Source: Mytilus californianus (taxonomy: Eukaryota). From it: a DNA stretch of 64,000 nucleotides. Of this stretch, positions 42,510 to 55,530 are shown one piece after another. Made by a program: the position numbers and the translations under genes. The notes below the pieces were generated by a model. That model had not been told where the DNA came from. It saw only the letters and a list, made by a program, of their open reading frames with translations, and made no database searches. Numbering within the stretch: the stretch's first letter is position 1; the number at the start of each line of letters is the position of its first letter. The stretch lies in assembly GCF_021869535.1 (NCBI RefSeq), contig NW_026262668.1, forward strand, positions 95,356,001-95,420,000, read 5' to 3'.

Positions 42510-43980
42510 AAAAGAGGGACGAAAGATACCAGAAGGACAGTCAAACTCATAGATCGAAAACAAACTGACAACGCCATGGCCAAAAATAAAAAGACAAACA
42601 GACAAACAACATTACAGATGACACAACATAGAAAACCAAAGACTCAGCAACACGAACCCCACCAAAAACTGGGGGTGATCTCAGGTGCTCCGGAAGGGTA
42701 AGCAGATCCTGCTCCACATGTGGCACCCGTCGTGTTGCTTATGTTACTACAAATCCAGTAAATAGTCTAATTCGGTAGGTCACATTCGTGAAAAGGTAAG
42801 GGTATTGTAGTTACGACATAAGGAACATATCCGATATCATCTGTGAAACGGTTATTCCATAACGGTCAACCAACTCGTGATGGCGTCCGTAAAATTTACG
42901 AAGGGATGATTTCAACTTCACCATTTGGAACTCTTGGTTTAATAGCTTCCTTGTGAGCAGCAATCCTCTATCAAGGAAATCATGATAGGAAATACAAGCC
43001 CGGGAATATCGTATCAATTGGGAGATATATACTCCGTATGCAGGCGCTGCTGGAATGTTGCTACATAAAAATGGAAAGTTCACAATTGGGAAGCTGAAAT
43101 CATCTCTTTTGTCGTAAAGTTTTGTTTTCAACCGACCCTCATTGTCAATTTCTAGATGTAAGTCAAGGTATGAGGCAGACTTAACTGTATCTGTAGTATC
43201 CTTCATCTCTAGTTCGATGGGATAGATTCGTTCAACATAGTCACCAAATTTTGTATTATTTAGTGAGAGAACATCATCTATATAGCGGAACGTAAAGTTA
43301 AAGGATATTGCTAACTTCTTATCTTTCTTCCTAAGAAGTTCCTGTATGAAGTCAGCCTCATAATAATAAAGAAACAAGCCGACAAGAAGAGGGGCACAAT
43401 TGGTTCCCATATGAATTCCGACAGTCTGTTGAAAAACTCGTCCTCCAAACGTAACAAATATGTTGTCAATCAAGAAATCAAGCATCTTGATAATGTCAGT
43501 TTCAGAATTTTTTTTTGTTTGAATCAGAGTGATTCTTTACAAAGTAGGATTTATCCCTCCCCAAGACAAGATACTTGTATCTTCGTTCGCCATTCTTTTT
43601 AATGAAACAAAGTAATACCAACTCTTTCAATTTGTCTTTTAGTTTGGAATGTGGAATACTTGTGTAAAGTGTAGAAAAGTCAAATGTTTTAATACTATTG
43701 CAAGATGAGAGAGTCTTAGATTGTATGTACTCTAAAAGATCTTTGGATTTTTTTAGTATCCACATCTGATTCACGCCACCTCTAGAATAGGCAGTTTCAC
43801 AATAACTTTGGAGCCCGGCTTTGATTGCTGATAAAATAGATGTTAATAATTTAGAAAGAGGTTTCGTGGAGCACTTTGAAGACCCAGCAATATACCGTTG
43901 TTTGTAAGGACAATTATGTAGTTTAGGTATCCAATACAGTGATGGAAGATCCAGTTCTTCATCTTTGGTTGAAATTCCTA
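42510..43980 (-). mobile_element. Penelope-like retroelement (Naiad-type RT), second family, 5'-truncated, one frameshift
   Basis: LPSLYWIPKLHNCPYKQRYIAGSSKCSTKPLSK; TFDFSTLYTSIPH; frameshift in poly-T near 43505-43517; GIHMGTNCAP; FRYIDDVLS; SYLDLHL; LYDKRDDFSFPIVNFPF; AYGVYISQLIRYSRAC; stop at 42811, then ~300-nt 3' UTR ending in ...GGTATCTTTCGTCCCTCTTT. Confidence 0.9.
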
Positions 43981-45373
43981 ACTTGTATTGCAGCGAATTC
44001 GAAAGTAGTATTGTGATGTATGCCACTTCCATTTGGCGGTGGATATCTCTATGTAAGTACTAAAAGTTCCTAATTAAAAATCTCTACAGTAAGCACTATT
44101 ATAACTTCATATTAAAGAGAATAAAACACTTTAAAAAGGAAAAAAAGTAATTCCAAATACCAATGTTCTAACATAAATTAACAGTAGTTTACCGATGTTC
44201 AAATCTTTTAAATCGACCAAGAAGACAAATAAAGGCGACAAAGATGAGGGAATTGCATGAACTCCAGATTGGCAGAGGGAGCGATATCAGGAGAGTCGAC
44301 AATGTAAGCATCTCCTGCGAATACATGTAACTAGTGAGTTGAGACACTAACATATCGTATCGGTTAACCAATAAGTAGTGTCGGTTTCAGTCGTTCTCCC
44401 TCCTAACATAAATTATTCATCCTGAGCACACCTATTCAGAAAAATTGCGGATGTAAAGATCCAATGTCACTGAAGCATGTCTAAGTTGATGAAGCCTATT
44501 ATTATTATGGACCTAACCATAGTCTCCAAAAGAAACCGTAATTTAAGATCAAATGGTAATCGTATCAATCATAGTCAATGGAGACATTTTCGATCTTCTG
44601 TAAACCTTAAAGATCTATTCAATATCTTAGAAAACAACAGAAGGCTACTTGATTGATCAATTAATCAAATAAGTAAAATGAATTAAATGATAAACATTGT
44701 GTGTCTCTATACTAACTATGCGAATTATCACCTACAAAAAACCTAGCAGACATCTTATGTTTAACTTTATTGCTACCGATATTGATATTGTAAACTTGTG
44801 AGGTGTAGCTATGATCATTGTGGTCATGTGTTTACATTGACAAAGACCGAGGCTGATATATAGTCCATCTCTAAAATTAGCTAGAAGGAATGTGACAGAA
44901 AAATCATCGATTCCCTTTCCTCTAACTGAAAATTCTAGTGCAGAAACCTGATAAAAACCACTGGACTCCTTAAAACAATGCATGCATTTTGTTGATAATC
45001 GTAAAAATACCAAACATCCCCGTCTCATGTTTGAATTTACTCCTGTTTTTTTGCTATATCTGCGTTACATTTAGCAATCTTCTTTGTTGCAACGTTTTGC
45101 CATACACTTATAGTAGGGCTTTCAGCTTATGTTGAGAATTTTACTTACATGCTTTGTTTTAATAATAATTTACCTGCTTATGTGACATTTTAAAGTATTT
45201 TATATCCATGTAGTGTTTTGATTAATGCGTATGCATGCATATTTTTCTTTCCTTTGCTTGTTTTAATGTTAAGTATAAACTTTATTATTTTGCATGTTTG
45301 AATCTTATTACTATGGCAATCAGTTGTTAGTAAGCATTTGAGTTTCAATTTCATTAATATCTATTGGTCCACA

Positions 45374-45485
45374 TATTGAAATCATGTTGAGGTCATGCTG
45401 AAATCATATTAGGTCATATTAAAATTATCTTGAGGTCATGTTGAAATCTTGTTGAGGTCATATTAAAATTATGAGGAGGTCATAT
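45374..45485. repeat. Short tandem repeat, ~22-bp unit, 5 copies
   Basis: TATTGAAATCATGTTGAGGTCA-like units. Confidence 0.75.
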
Positions 45486-45519
45486 TTTTTCATAACTTTA
45501 TAACACTATATTAAATTTT

Positions 45520-47360
45520 CTTGAAAAAAAAAGAATTCAGTTACTTCGTCTTCTGTGATTTTTCCAAAGCATTTGATAAAGTATGGCATAATGGACTTAT
45601 ATATAAAATGAATTCTTATGGAATAAAGGGAAATTTACTTGCATGGACTAAAAATTATCTTTTTCAAAGAAAACAAAAAGTAGTTATTAGAGATTCGTCT
45701 TCGTCATTGTCCATTGTTTCTGCCGGGCTCCCCCATGGCTCTGTTCTCGGTCCCCTTTTATTTTTGCTGTATATAAATGATATTGGCGAACATTTATTTT
45801 CACTGACTAGACTTTTTGCTGATGACACGTCGCTGGGATATTCCACCGCAAGCATTACAGACTTAGAGGTAGTAGTTAATCATGATTTAAACAAACTCAA
45901 TGATTGGTCAAAAAATTGGTTAATGTTCTTTAACCCAGATAAAACGGAAATAATGATTTGCTCAAATACTAAGATTCCAATTAATTTAAGTTTTTCTTTC
46001 AATGAAAGATCAATATCTAACACATCAAGTCATAAACACTTAGGTGTAACTCTCTCCCAGGACGCAAAGTGGAATGAGCACGTAGAAAATATTTCCAAAA
46101 ATATTACAAAGCATTTAGGAGTCTTAAGAAAATTAACATATAAGATGAAAAGACAGAACTTAGAAAAAAATGTATCTGGTATATATTCGTCCTATATTTG
46201 AGTATGCTTGCGAAGTGTGGGACAATTGTGGTATTTGCTATTCAAACAAATTAGAAAAACTTCAACTGCAAGCTGCGAGGATTGTAACAGGACTGCCAAT
46301 CTTTACTAAAACCGAATATTTATATTTAGAGACTGGCTGGGAACCCCTTCACAGTAGGAGGCACAGAAGAAAACTCCAATTATTTTATAATATGTATAAT
46401 GGTCTCGCTCCACAATATTTATGTGATTTAATTCCCCCAACTATACAAAGTACAACTGTTTATCCACTGCGTAATGGCAATGACTTAATAGTCCCCTTTT
46501 GTCGACTCTCCTTAACAAATTCTGCATTTATTCCCTCGTCCATCAGAGAATGGAACAAACTTGATAATTCTATCCGTACACTTGATACCCTATCTAAGTT
46601 CAAACGCTATTTGTTGAATAATACATACGAAGCAAAGACTGTACCTAAGCATTTTATGTATGGTCCGCGGAAATTGAGTGTAATTTTAACACAGCTGCGA
46701 TGTTCAGCCTCATTTCTAAATAACGACCTATTTGAATCAAATATAATACAAAGTCCATATTGTGCTTGTGGCGCTCCGCGTGAGGATTCATTTCATTACT
46801 TCTTTAATTGCAATAAATACGCCGATATAAGGAACGATCTATTAACCAACATTCATCGTCTACAAGTGACAATAAATCTACAGTTGCTCACTGAGGGTAG
46901 CCAAACTTTAACATACGAGGAAAACTGTGAAATCTTTAAAGAAGTCTTTAGATATATAAAAAAATCAAAAAGATTCCTTGTAGTATAATCAAATAAGATA
47001 TGACTGAACATAAACATCGTGTCCACAGAATTTCATTTATTTTTTTTTCTTTATATTTGTATTATTTCCTATTTTTTCTTCTTTTTTTTTTTATTTATAT
47101 TTTTTTTTTTTTTTTTTCCCCTCTTTTTCTCAATTCTCTATCCTTTTCCTTGTTAATTGCGATAGGCTTTTTTTTCTTTCTTTTTCTTCTCTGACTGTGC
47201 AAATGCCTCATTTTACTATTACCTTTAATATATATATACTGAACTGTGCATGCTCTGTATAATTGTTATTGTAATATTATGTAAAGGAGAAGACTTCATA
47301 AGTTGGTTAAACTTGTGTCCGATCCCTTTTGTATCTATGAGCAAATAAAATCGTTATAAA
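45520..47360 (+). mobile_element. Non-LTR retrotransposon (CR1/L2-group LINE), 5'-truncated RT plus C-terminal CCHC finger and T-rich 3' UTR
   Basis: VFCDFSKAFDKVWH, GLPHGSVLGPLLFLLYINDI, LFADDT, HKHLGV, frameshift in A-run near 46161-46170, YIRPIFEYACEVWD, CACGAPREDSFHYFFNC, stop 46988, then long poly-T 3' UTR and AATAAA at ~47344. Confidence 0.9.
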
Positions 47361-47504
47361 CTATATGTTTTCACGCATTTTACGATCCAACTAATACGCA
47401 ATACATGATTTTTACACTTTAAAAAGCTCATGTTTATTGTTAAATGTATATATATATGTACACTCCAAATAAAAATTAACTTAACTTACTTAAATATAGT
47501 AAAT

Positions 47505-48080
47505 ACTCCAAAAGAGCATTTTGTTTTTGCACCATGTGACAGAGTAGACTGACTTCACTGAAATATTCGAAACTGAGACCACAAATTCGAGTACTTGCAT
47601 ACCTACAACCTCTACTGAAGATAAGATTGTAAATGAACACACTTCAACAACGACTGAACAGAAAGCTGCTACTAAGAGCACCAAAAGGCTCCCACTATGT
47701 ATTGGCTTCGTAAATTACTCAATAAATATTATAACTTTTGTTTTATATGTGAATCCAATAAGGTTCTACTACACATCTTTCGGTTCTTCTGAATAATGGT
47801 CTTCCAACTGCTGAAGAACTCTATACTAAATATTGTGACTAAGCATACGTTAATAGCTGTACTAACTATTCCTGGACGGTGTGAAAAATTATTTGGAAGT
47901 CTTGGAAAAATCACGATCTATTCAAGGTCAGTTTACCTCCGTCGACAGTTATGATTTATCTACCCTGTATACTGTGTACACTACCACACAAAATAATCAA
48001 AGAGAAATTCCATTAATGCAATGGACTTTCAAAATCGGGGTGTCACTATATCTGCTGCAGCTGTTACAATTCCATTTTCA
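47505..48080 (+). mobile_element. Highly decayed PLE RT fragment related to the intron-8 element
   Basis: Frameshifted matches: KAPTMYWLRKL (cf. KVATMYWLPKL) and KNYLEVLEKSRSIQGQFTSVDSYDLSTLYT (cf. KNSFEVLDKLHAYIGDFESVQSFYFSTLYT). Confidence 0.7.
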
Positions 48081-48755
48081 GTAATAAAACATTTTAAAAA
48101 TATTCGTAAAGGGTTCTGCAGAACCATGTGTCTCACCTGCGATTGCTGCTGTCAGTGTAAACGTGTAATGTTGACTTAAAAAGTTAGTTCATTTATCTGT
48201 AAAATACAGAATTAAAAAAAAATCCAACTTTTTCTTTAGTCTTGAGGATAAGCTTCTGTCCAGGTTTCATAACAATCCATGAACGTTAACAAATTTATCA
48301 TGTTACAAACATTTAGTCTCATTAAATGTCTCAATACTTATAATTAGGTATTTCGCATCCACCTTTCTGTTGTAGTATTGATAATAAATCTATAAAAGTT
48401 AACAAATTGTCCTTCAAATCTTTCTCTTTGGCTTAATAGACGTATTGATAAAGGTTATTATTATACGGTTGTTGTTTAGTCACTGCATCTTGTTTTTTTT
48501 CAGGGGATAAACATCAATTCATTAAAATTTATTTCTTTTGTTTTTCTGTATAGTTTGTTTTTGACTCTGCACAAGATCATGTCTTCCTGTTCGTCCTGTT
48601 CATGTATTGCTGTATTAGTTCTATAATTAAATACTAGTGTAGGATGGAATGATTTCATAGTAACTGTGAACATTCTTTATCTAAATATCTATTATTATAG
48701 TTTGTACCATCATTTTAAGTTCAGGGCTGTTTCTGTACTTATTGTAATTGAGATT

Positions 48756-49847
48756 AACTAGAGGCTCTAAAGAGTGTCGCTCACCAACGTCTATATTGTG
48801 CATCTTCAACAATGGACACTCATCAACATTGTGGAGTAAAATAGAATTCCGATGACAAAAATCTTGTTTTGTTGTTGATCTTCTATTGCTGATAACTTTT
48901 TTCTGTTTACAATCTCTGTCTACCTTCTTATTAATTTTACTCAAAACACAAAAAAGGACAAAATATCGTCACTAAAAATAAGGGCAATCACTGCTATTGA
49001 GTCTACAAAGGATTTTGGCAAATTTTAATTTATTTGTTAATCTTGTCATGCTCACGGATCATTTTTGCTATTTAAAATGTTAATCTATCTTCTAAAGTTT
49101 TAAAGATAATAGTCATAGATGCAATAAATTTGTAAAAATTGTAATTAAAAAGCATAAGGTCTAATAAGGAGTTGACTTGACGATTTCAAACATGGTGACT
49201 TAGATCTTGTCTTGTTGATCATTTTTGCTATATAAAGTGTCTATCCATCCATCCATCTATCTATTATAGTTTTCAAGATAATAGGGAAAACACTAGAATG
49301 GGTAAAAATTGTCATTAACTCATTCGACCCCAAGAGATTTATGATAATAGTTAATACCTACAGCCCATACCAGTAACGTATTGGCCATCAAAAGACTCTC
49401 ACCTACACCTGATTTTGGCTACTTTTCACGTTTTTCCGATTTTGAACTATAAAAAGGCCATTAAAGTTGCCATATTTTCATAAACACACATCTGAGAAGA
49501 GTTTATGGGCCATTAATTGCATGGTTGAAGTCCCTGCTGTCAAGACAGTTCTATAAAGGTATGGAGGGTCATACGGGCCATCAAAGAATGGTGGTCGCCA
49601 TCACGACTACAGGCGGCATTGGGGGCGAAGGGGTTAAAAAACAATAACTCCAATAATGATTCGGCTGACAACTTCGGCCATGTTAACTTATTTGTAGATA
49701 TTGTCTTGCTGATGATTTTTGCTATTAAAAGTTTTGGTTAAATTTGGCTAATAGTTTAAAAGATTTTTGTGAAAGTTAACAACGAAGACAACCCACTCCA
49801 AATGATGAGAATAGCTCACTTGTCCATCTGGGCCAGGTGAGCTTAAT
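48756..49847 (+). mobile_element. HINE-like element (AACTAGAGGCTC start) with degenerate internal repeats and nested MITE
   Basis: 5' GTCGCTCACC subTIR-like; 3' hairpin AGCTCACTTG...CAGGTGAGCT (49813-49843); internal recurring GCTGATCATTTTTGCTA units. Confidence 0.55.
49319..49633. mobile_element. piggyBac-type MITE (315 bp, TTAA target duplication)
   Basis: TTAA at 49315-49318 and 49634-49637; TIRs CTCATTCGACCCCAA versus reverse complement of right end CCCCTTCGCCCCCAA (12/15). Confidence 0.7.
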
Positions 49848-49985
49848 GGATGGAGGATTGATATCTAAATTCAAGAAGTGCATCTGTGCCTGTATCGCTC
49901 CCTTTTTTTAAAATTTTGCTTAATTAGGACTTTTATATGTACATACTATAGTGAGTACTGTATTGCTGATCATTTTGCTATTTAC

Positions 49986-50370
49986 AGGTAAATCCAGAAC
50001 GCTTCTGACGCTTGAAATTTATGTTTTACAGTAACTTGGTCGATACCTCTGCTGGTGGACTATCAGTCCCTGAGGATATCATCAGCTCAGTAGTCAGTAC
50101 TTCGGTACTGACATGATTTATAACAAACCTTTCTAAAATTGTCCATCAATAAATTTCAAAATTACCTGAAATTAAGGTTTCAACTCCCTCAGGCAAAGTT
50201 GACCTTAGATGGATTTGGCTACTTTTTGTAGGTCCTTTTTGGTTATTTAGCTCTTCAACTGTTTCTGTATACACCCTTGGCTTTCAAATATTCAGCTTTT
50301 AGTGTTCCTGATGAAGGTAAATCTAGAAATGCGCTTCAGACGTATGAAATTTATAATGTGTTGTTTTCCT
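49986..50370 (+). mobile_element. Retrozyme-like monomer in the opposite orientation
   Basis: Partial motif AGGTAAATCCAGAACGCTTCTGACGC at 49986, full motif GTGTTC-CTGATGA-AGGTAAATCTA-GAA-ATGCGCTT-C-AGACGT at 50302-50343; 329 nt between equivalent positions. Confidence 0.65.
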
Positions 50371-51174
50371 TTTTAACCTAGCTCCTATAGGTTTTTAGAT
50401 AACAGCAAAAACAGTAAATATCAACTTTTCAGGGGCAATAACTTCAAAAAAGGGTTTTGAAACTTCCAGAGTAAATGGATCCTGTCATGCTGATCATTTT
50501 GCAGTTTACACTTTTAATCTAGCTCCTTTGGCTTTAAGATTACAACCAAAAACTGCAAAAATGGATATTTCAGGGGCAATATCTCCAAAATAGGCCAACA
50601 CAATTCAAGGGTAGGTACATCTTGTTGTGCTGATTCCTTTTTGTAATTTACAATTTTAACCTAGCTTCTATAATGTTCAGGAAAACAGCCAATAACTGCT
50701 AGAATCGGGAAGAAATATAAGTTTTCAAGGTCATTAACTCCAAAACAAGTTGTTAGATTTTTCTCCAATTTTCAGGATGGATACCTCTCGTTATGCTGAT
50801 CATTATTTCAATTTGCACTTTTAAGCTAGCTCCTATAGTTTTTGAAACAATGGCAAGGAAATGCAAAAAAAGTACCAACATTTCAGGAACATTGACTACA
50901 AAATTCAAAATTTTCATGGTAGATGGAACTTGTTGTGGTGACCATTTTTATCCTTTTCAATGTTGTTCTAATTGCTATAGCTTGAGAAATGTGGAGAATT
51001 TTGTGCAGTTAGCAACATTTTGTTTCTGCTTATTTGATTCACAACTTTTATGAGACTAATGACCATTTAGAGCTTGAAATATTGTATAGACACATGTCTA
51101 TTGTTGAAGAATGTATGTTGTCCTCTATATGTCTTTAGGTTATTTTTGTCATTGGGTTGCTGCCACAGCAAATT

Positions 51175-51709
51175 CATCTTTGCTAACCAAGGGTTACGAT
51201 CCAGTCCCCTCCTCTCCAGCCTTGGCAGATTAAGCCAACATTTGTGATTTCAATGCTGCCGGTAGATTAAAGTCACGCCCATTCTGACCACATCATTCTT
51301 GACCAATGGCAGCACTTGAACTTTCTTCAGTGTGGAGGTGTAAAAAATGGTTGTGTCTAGTGTTTACAAATTTTGTGAAGCATGAACCGAAAAATTACAC
51401 TGACATTTCAACATTTGCGCGAGAAACATACCCAGGAGCTTCAATAAGTTGATTAAGAACTTTAAAATTGTCACTGAATATCGTCCTATGTTTTGGGGTA
51501 AAAACTTGTTGCGCAATCAGCACGTGGCAATTGTTTATTTACATTTTCTACATTTACACATGATTATCTTAAAGGTGCTTTTTTGATTGGATGCAGCCAG
51601 TTATAACTGCAACCAATGGAATTCATTACTCGTAGATCCGAAATTCTATCTTAATCCGCCAAGGGTGGAGAGGAGGGGACTAGATCGTAACCCTTGGCTA
51701 GCGAAGATG
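51175..51709. mobile_element. MITE with ~60-bp TIRs and 9-bp TSD (Mutator-like)
   Basis: Left CATCTTTGCTAACCAAGGGTTACGATCCAGTCCCCTCCTCTCCAGCCTTGGCAGATTAAG matches reverse complement of the right end; flanks CAGCAAATT (51166-51174) and CAGCAAAGT (51710-51718). Confidence 0.75.
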
Positions 51710-54700
51710 CAGCAAAGTATACCCAAAATATTTAATATAAGAAGAAGTCCATGTTTTCAGTAAAGGAAACCCAAAAAATCAGTCAGATCAAGCCGGTTTT
51801 AAGGAGTGGGATGTGGACGACAGAAGTGATCCCTATGTGTTGCTACAGCTTTGCCTCCATGCAACATAATAACAGGCAGCTACTTTAATAGATCTAAACA
51901 AACAAATACTGAAGCATTTATTCTGCTAATAGATTTATTTATATATCAAATAGTTTATGAAATAACACTATGAAAACCTTATTTCAATTTTGTCTTATTC
52001 ATGCAAGTATCATTTAATAAGTACAACTAACAAAGTTTCTTTACAGTATTGAATTTTATGTTGTCATATTTGTAGATGTTTTTTTTTCTTCCTTTTATTG
52101 CAAATAGCTATCTGGTGATATAAAACATGGTCAACAGCTTTTCATTACTTTTAAATGAAACAGGGTTTCCAAACATGATATATATCACAATTTTTGATAA
52201 CAACATGAACACATATATATTATAAGCAGTAATAATATAATATATTCTGCAATGAGTTTCAGAGTAACAATTAACATTATTTACATATAACAAGAAGATA
52301 CAAACTTGTAACTATTACAAACCACTATGAGACATAAACAACAGGTAACAAGAGCTATAGATATGATCAATTGAAAAAAGGGGGGATATGATATTGATGT
52401 ACACTAGGAATAAACTGATATTCAAGTGACCTTTCATTCTTGTTGTTCTTCATTTACGAGTAAATTATGTTAAATCATTTAAAGAAAGATCCTGATGGCT
52501 CATACTGTAAACATATGCAGACTTTAGAGATATTCCTAGATAATCACTTCTTTTTGAATACAATGGCTTATTTTGTTTATGAAGTAATATACTCATGAAA
52601 TTAGGAAAAAATTTACATGTATCTAATTTGCAATTAGAAAATAGATAGTTTTTGATTGACACAACTTGAGTAGGCTTATTTTCCTTTTGTCACCATGTTG
52701 GAGGTCAACATGAACATATTTCTTCATAAATCAGCCAAATTCATCTTGTTATACGGACCCCTAGACCTTAGAAAAAAAAATCATTTAGTTAACCTCCAAT
52801 GTGGTGGCCAAGGGAAATAACTCAAACTCAAACTCAAATTACATCATATTTTTACCTTTTTATTGTCTAGAAAGCGTTCTGCATGTAATTAGTATCTGGA
52901 ATAAGTCATTTTAAAAGATCTGTGAATTTTCCTCCTATGTCAGAGTTTTTTTTTATGAATTTTCAGAGATACTGTACCTTCATCTAAATCTTTTTTAAAA
53001 ATATTAATCTTTCTTCTCCAATACTTGAAATATTCAATAAATACAAAAATGTTTTGTGACAAGCATTTCAAATACTATTTGACTTTTTTCAGGAAAAGTA
53101 TATCATATTAAAAGAAAGAAGTTCAGCAGTTTGAGAAAATTCATGAAATTAAAATCTTTTTAACAGAAATCTAATTCTAGTAACAAATGCATGTCTGTGA
53201 TTTAGAAACTATATAAAAAAATAAGTGGTTATATGGGTGAAATAATCTAAAAGCAAACTACAATTGGCTATCTTGATAGGCAGACAGGGATCCTCATTTT
53301 TAATCCTGACATACAGCATAAAAGTATCACTTTGTAAAATAATGTAAGCATTCATTCAAGACATGTACTGGAATATTCAATACTGTGGAGTCATAACTAT
53401 TCATGGGGTAATATTTTTGAGAATTTCATAGCTGTAGTTGAACAATAAATTCCCTGTAAGCTTGTAAGTAGAACTGGTTGAAACCACAGAATCAAGTAAC
53501 CACACTATTTTCTTTAAATCACAAAAATTTGGAGCCAACATAAATAAATGAATCAACATTAATTATCAGCAATTTCTGATAAAAAAATCAATATTGGTGT
53601 TTGTAATTTCATCAAAGTCATGTTGGATGAATGATGATGAAACATCTATATAATTTTGAAGATAGACACTTTATTTGTGACTGTTAAAATGTTTAGTTCA
53701 AATTGGTATGGTGTTTCCAATATATTATTTTAACTAGTTAACAGACTATAGGTATAAGGTGATGCCATTCAGCAAAGTGAACAAAAATGAAATGATACAA
53801 AAGATATTTGAAGAATAATATTTGGTGAAATATGATAAAACTAAGGAAATTATTCAAAATAATGAAATAAGAACATGTCAACATGTATCTCACTGAAAAA
53901 CAGAAAATTCCTTTTGAATATGAAAAAAAATCTGTGATAGAACAATACATGTATCACAAAGCAAACAGAACACCTACATTAATAGCACTTATTCCTGATA
54001 TATCATCAATATATACAATACATTAAGCTAAAATACAATAATTCATTTTGTTTCCTTCTTTGATTTTAATTTTTTAAACTTGGAAATTACACACAAGACA
54101 GCAGTGTAAATATCTGTTGGGGGGTTCTATGATATAAAATTGTAAGTCTATATTTTACCTTTATTTCACTGCACCCTACTAAGGGGAAGTAATTCTTCAG
54201 CATTATTCATTAATGTAATCCTAATATCAATTTTTTTCTATATTTTTGCACACATTTTGCATTTTTTATACATAGATTTTAACTGTAACAAAGAAATGTC
54301 AAGAAACTAACAATAAATCAATCAGCAATTCAGAAACTTTTACAACAAGTTTTCTAATATAACAGCAGTGTGTTAATTTTAGTAGAGTTTCTAACATACA
54401 TTCATAACATGCATTTGAGGTAAGTTGAAAGATTATGCTAACTGGCAAATCTCAAAATCATATTGCACTTTCTGATATGACATAACTTTAAAATAATATC
54501 AAAAAAAATATTTCAACACAGTAAAAATTTTCTTACAATACATTCTGACACACTTCGGACCTTTTCAAAATCTGAATGACTAAAGAGCTTTGATTTAAAG
54601 AATACAACAAAATTGTATAATAAAGCTAAAGCCTAAATATATCTAATTTATAATAAAATAAAAAAAAAGTGAAAAATGGCAGGCTAAATAATCTATATAA

Positions 54701-54832
54701 AGTTGATGTAGGATACTTGAAAATGGACTTGACTGGTAATCTACTTTCCCCTACGAATCATTTAAAATGTGTAATGAATGTACTTATAATATTACAATAT
54801 TTTCTTTGTTTGTAATGAGATGATTTATAAAT

Positions 54833-55183
54833 AAATGGGGAATGTGTCCATGGGCCACAGATGGTGCCCCCGCTTGCATATAACTTAATAAAGGGATATA
54901 ACTCAAGAACTGTAAAGTGACGCTACCCAAATTTCATAACATTTGGTTGAGGCAAACTAAAGTTAGAGAATGGAAACGAAAAATTCAGCAATTTTTTCAT
55001 TTGTAAAGGGGCATAACTCTAGAACGGTAAAAGTGACGCCACCAAAATTCAAACTTGATCTGTGTTTTGTGGTAACAAGTTTCATTACATTTGGTTGAGG
55101 CAAATTAAAGTTAGAGAATGGAAACCAATTTTGGGACGTACGTACAGACGGACAAGGGTAAAACTTAATGCCCCCTCCGCTAC
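54833..55183 (+). mobile_element. HINE-like element, family B, short copy (in NOSTRIN 3' region)
   Basis: Starts AAATGGGGAATGTGTCCATGGG; ~160-bp unit ACATTTGGTTGAGGCAAACTAAAG; GACGTACGTACAGACGGAC; truncated 3' hairpin ATGCCCCCTCCGCTAC. Confidence 0.6.
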
Positions 55184-55530
55184 AATTACTTTTACTTGTG
55201 TTTTAGCAAAATAATTTATTCTTTTTGTATTTAAATCCAAAGTAAGGCCTTCAAAATTTGAATTAAGATTCAAAAATACTTACAGATAAAAACTTTTGAG
55301 GCCTTTTCCTTTACATAAATTGTATCAAGTCTTTTTTTTTTAAAATAATTCAGCATTTCTTATCTTAAAAACATAAAGGCAGTACAATAGGTTCATCATA
55401 TCTAACACCAAAATATTTGGAATTGTTAATTAACAAGCTTAGTTCACAATTACTTACTTTAAAAACTAGTCAATGCCATATTTAATATCTGTTACCACTT
55501 ATATCTTTACACAAATGTTCATGGAGAATA

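Noticed and set aside
42510-42810. SECIS in the second PLE family's 3' UTR
   Set aside because: No AUGA...AAA...GA stem-loop with correct spacing found by eye, and no in-frame TGA in the retained RT part.
44730-45030. Cys/His-rich peptide CSYDHCGHVF suggestive of a zinc finger exon
   Set aside because: Flanked by in-frame stops with no clear splice sites or partner exons.
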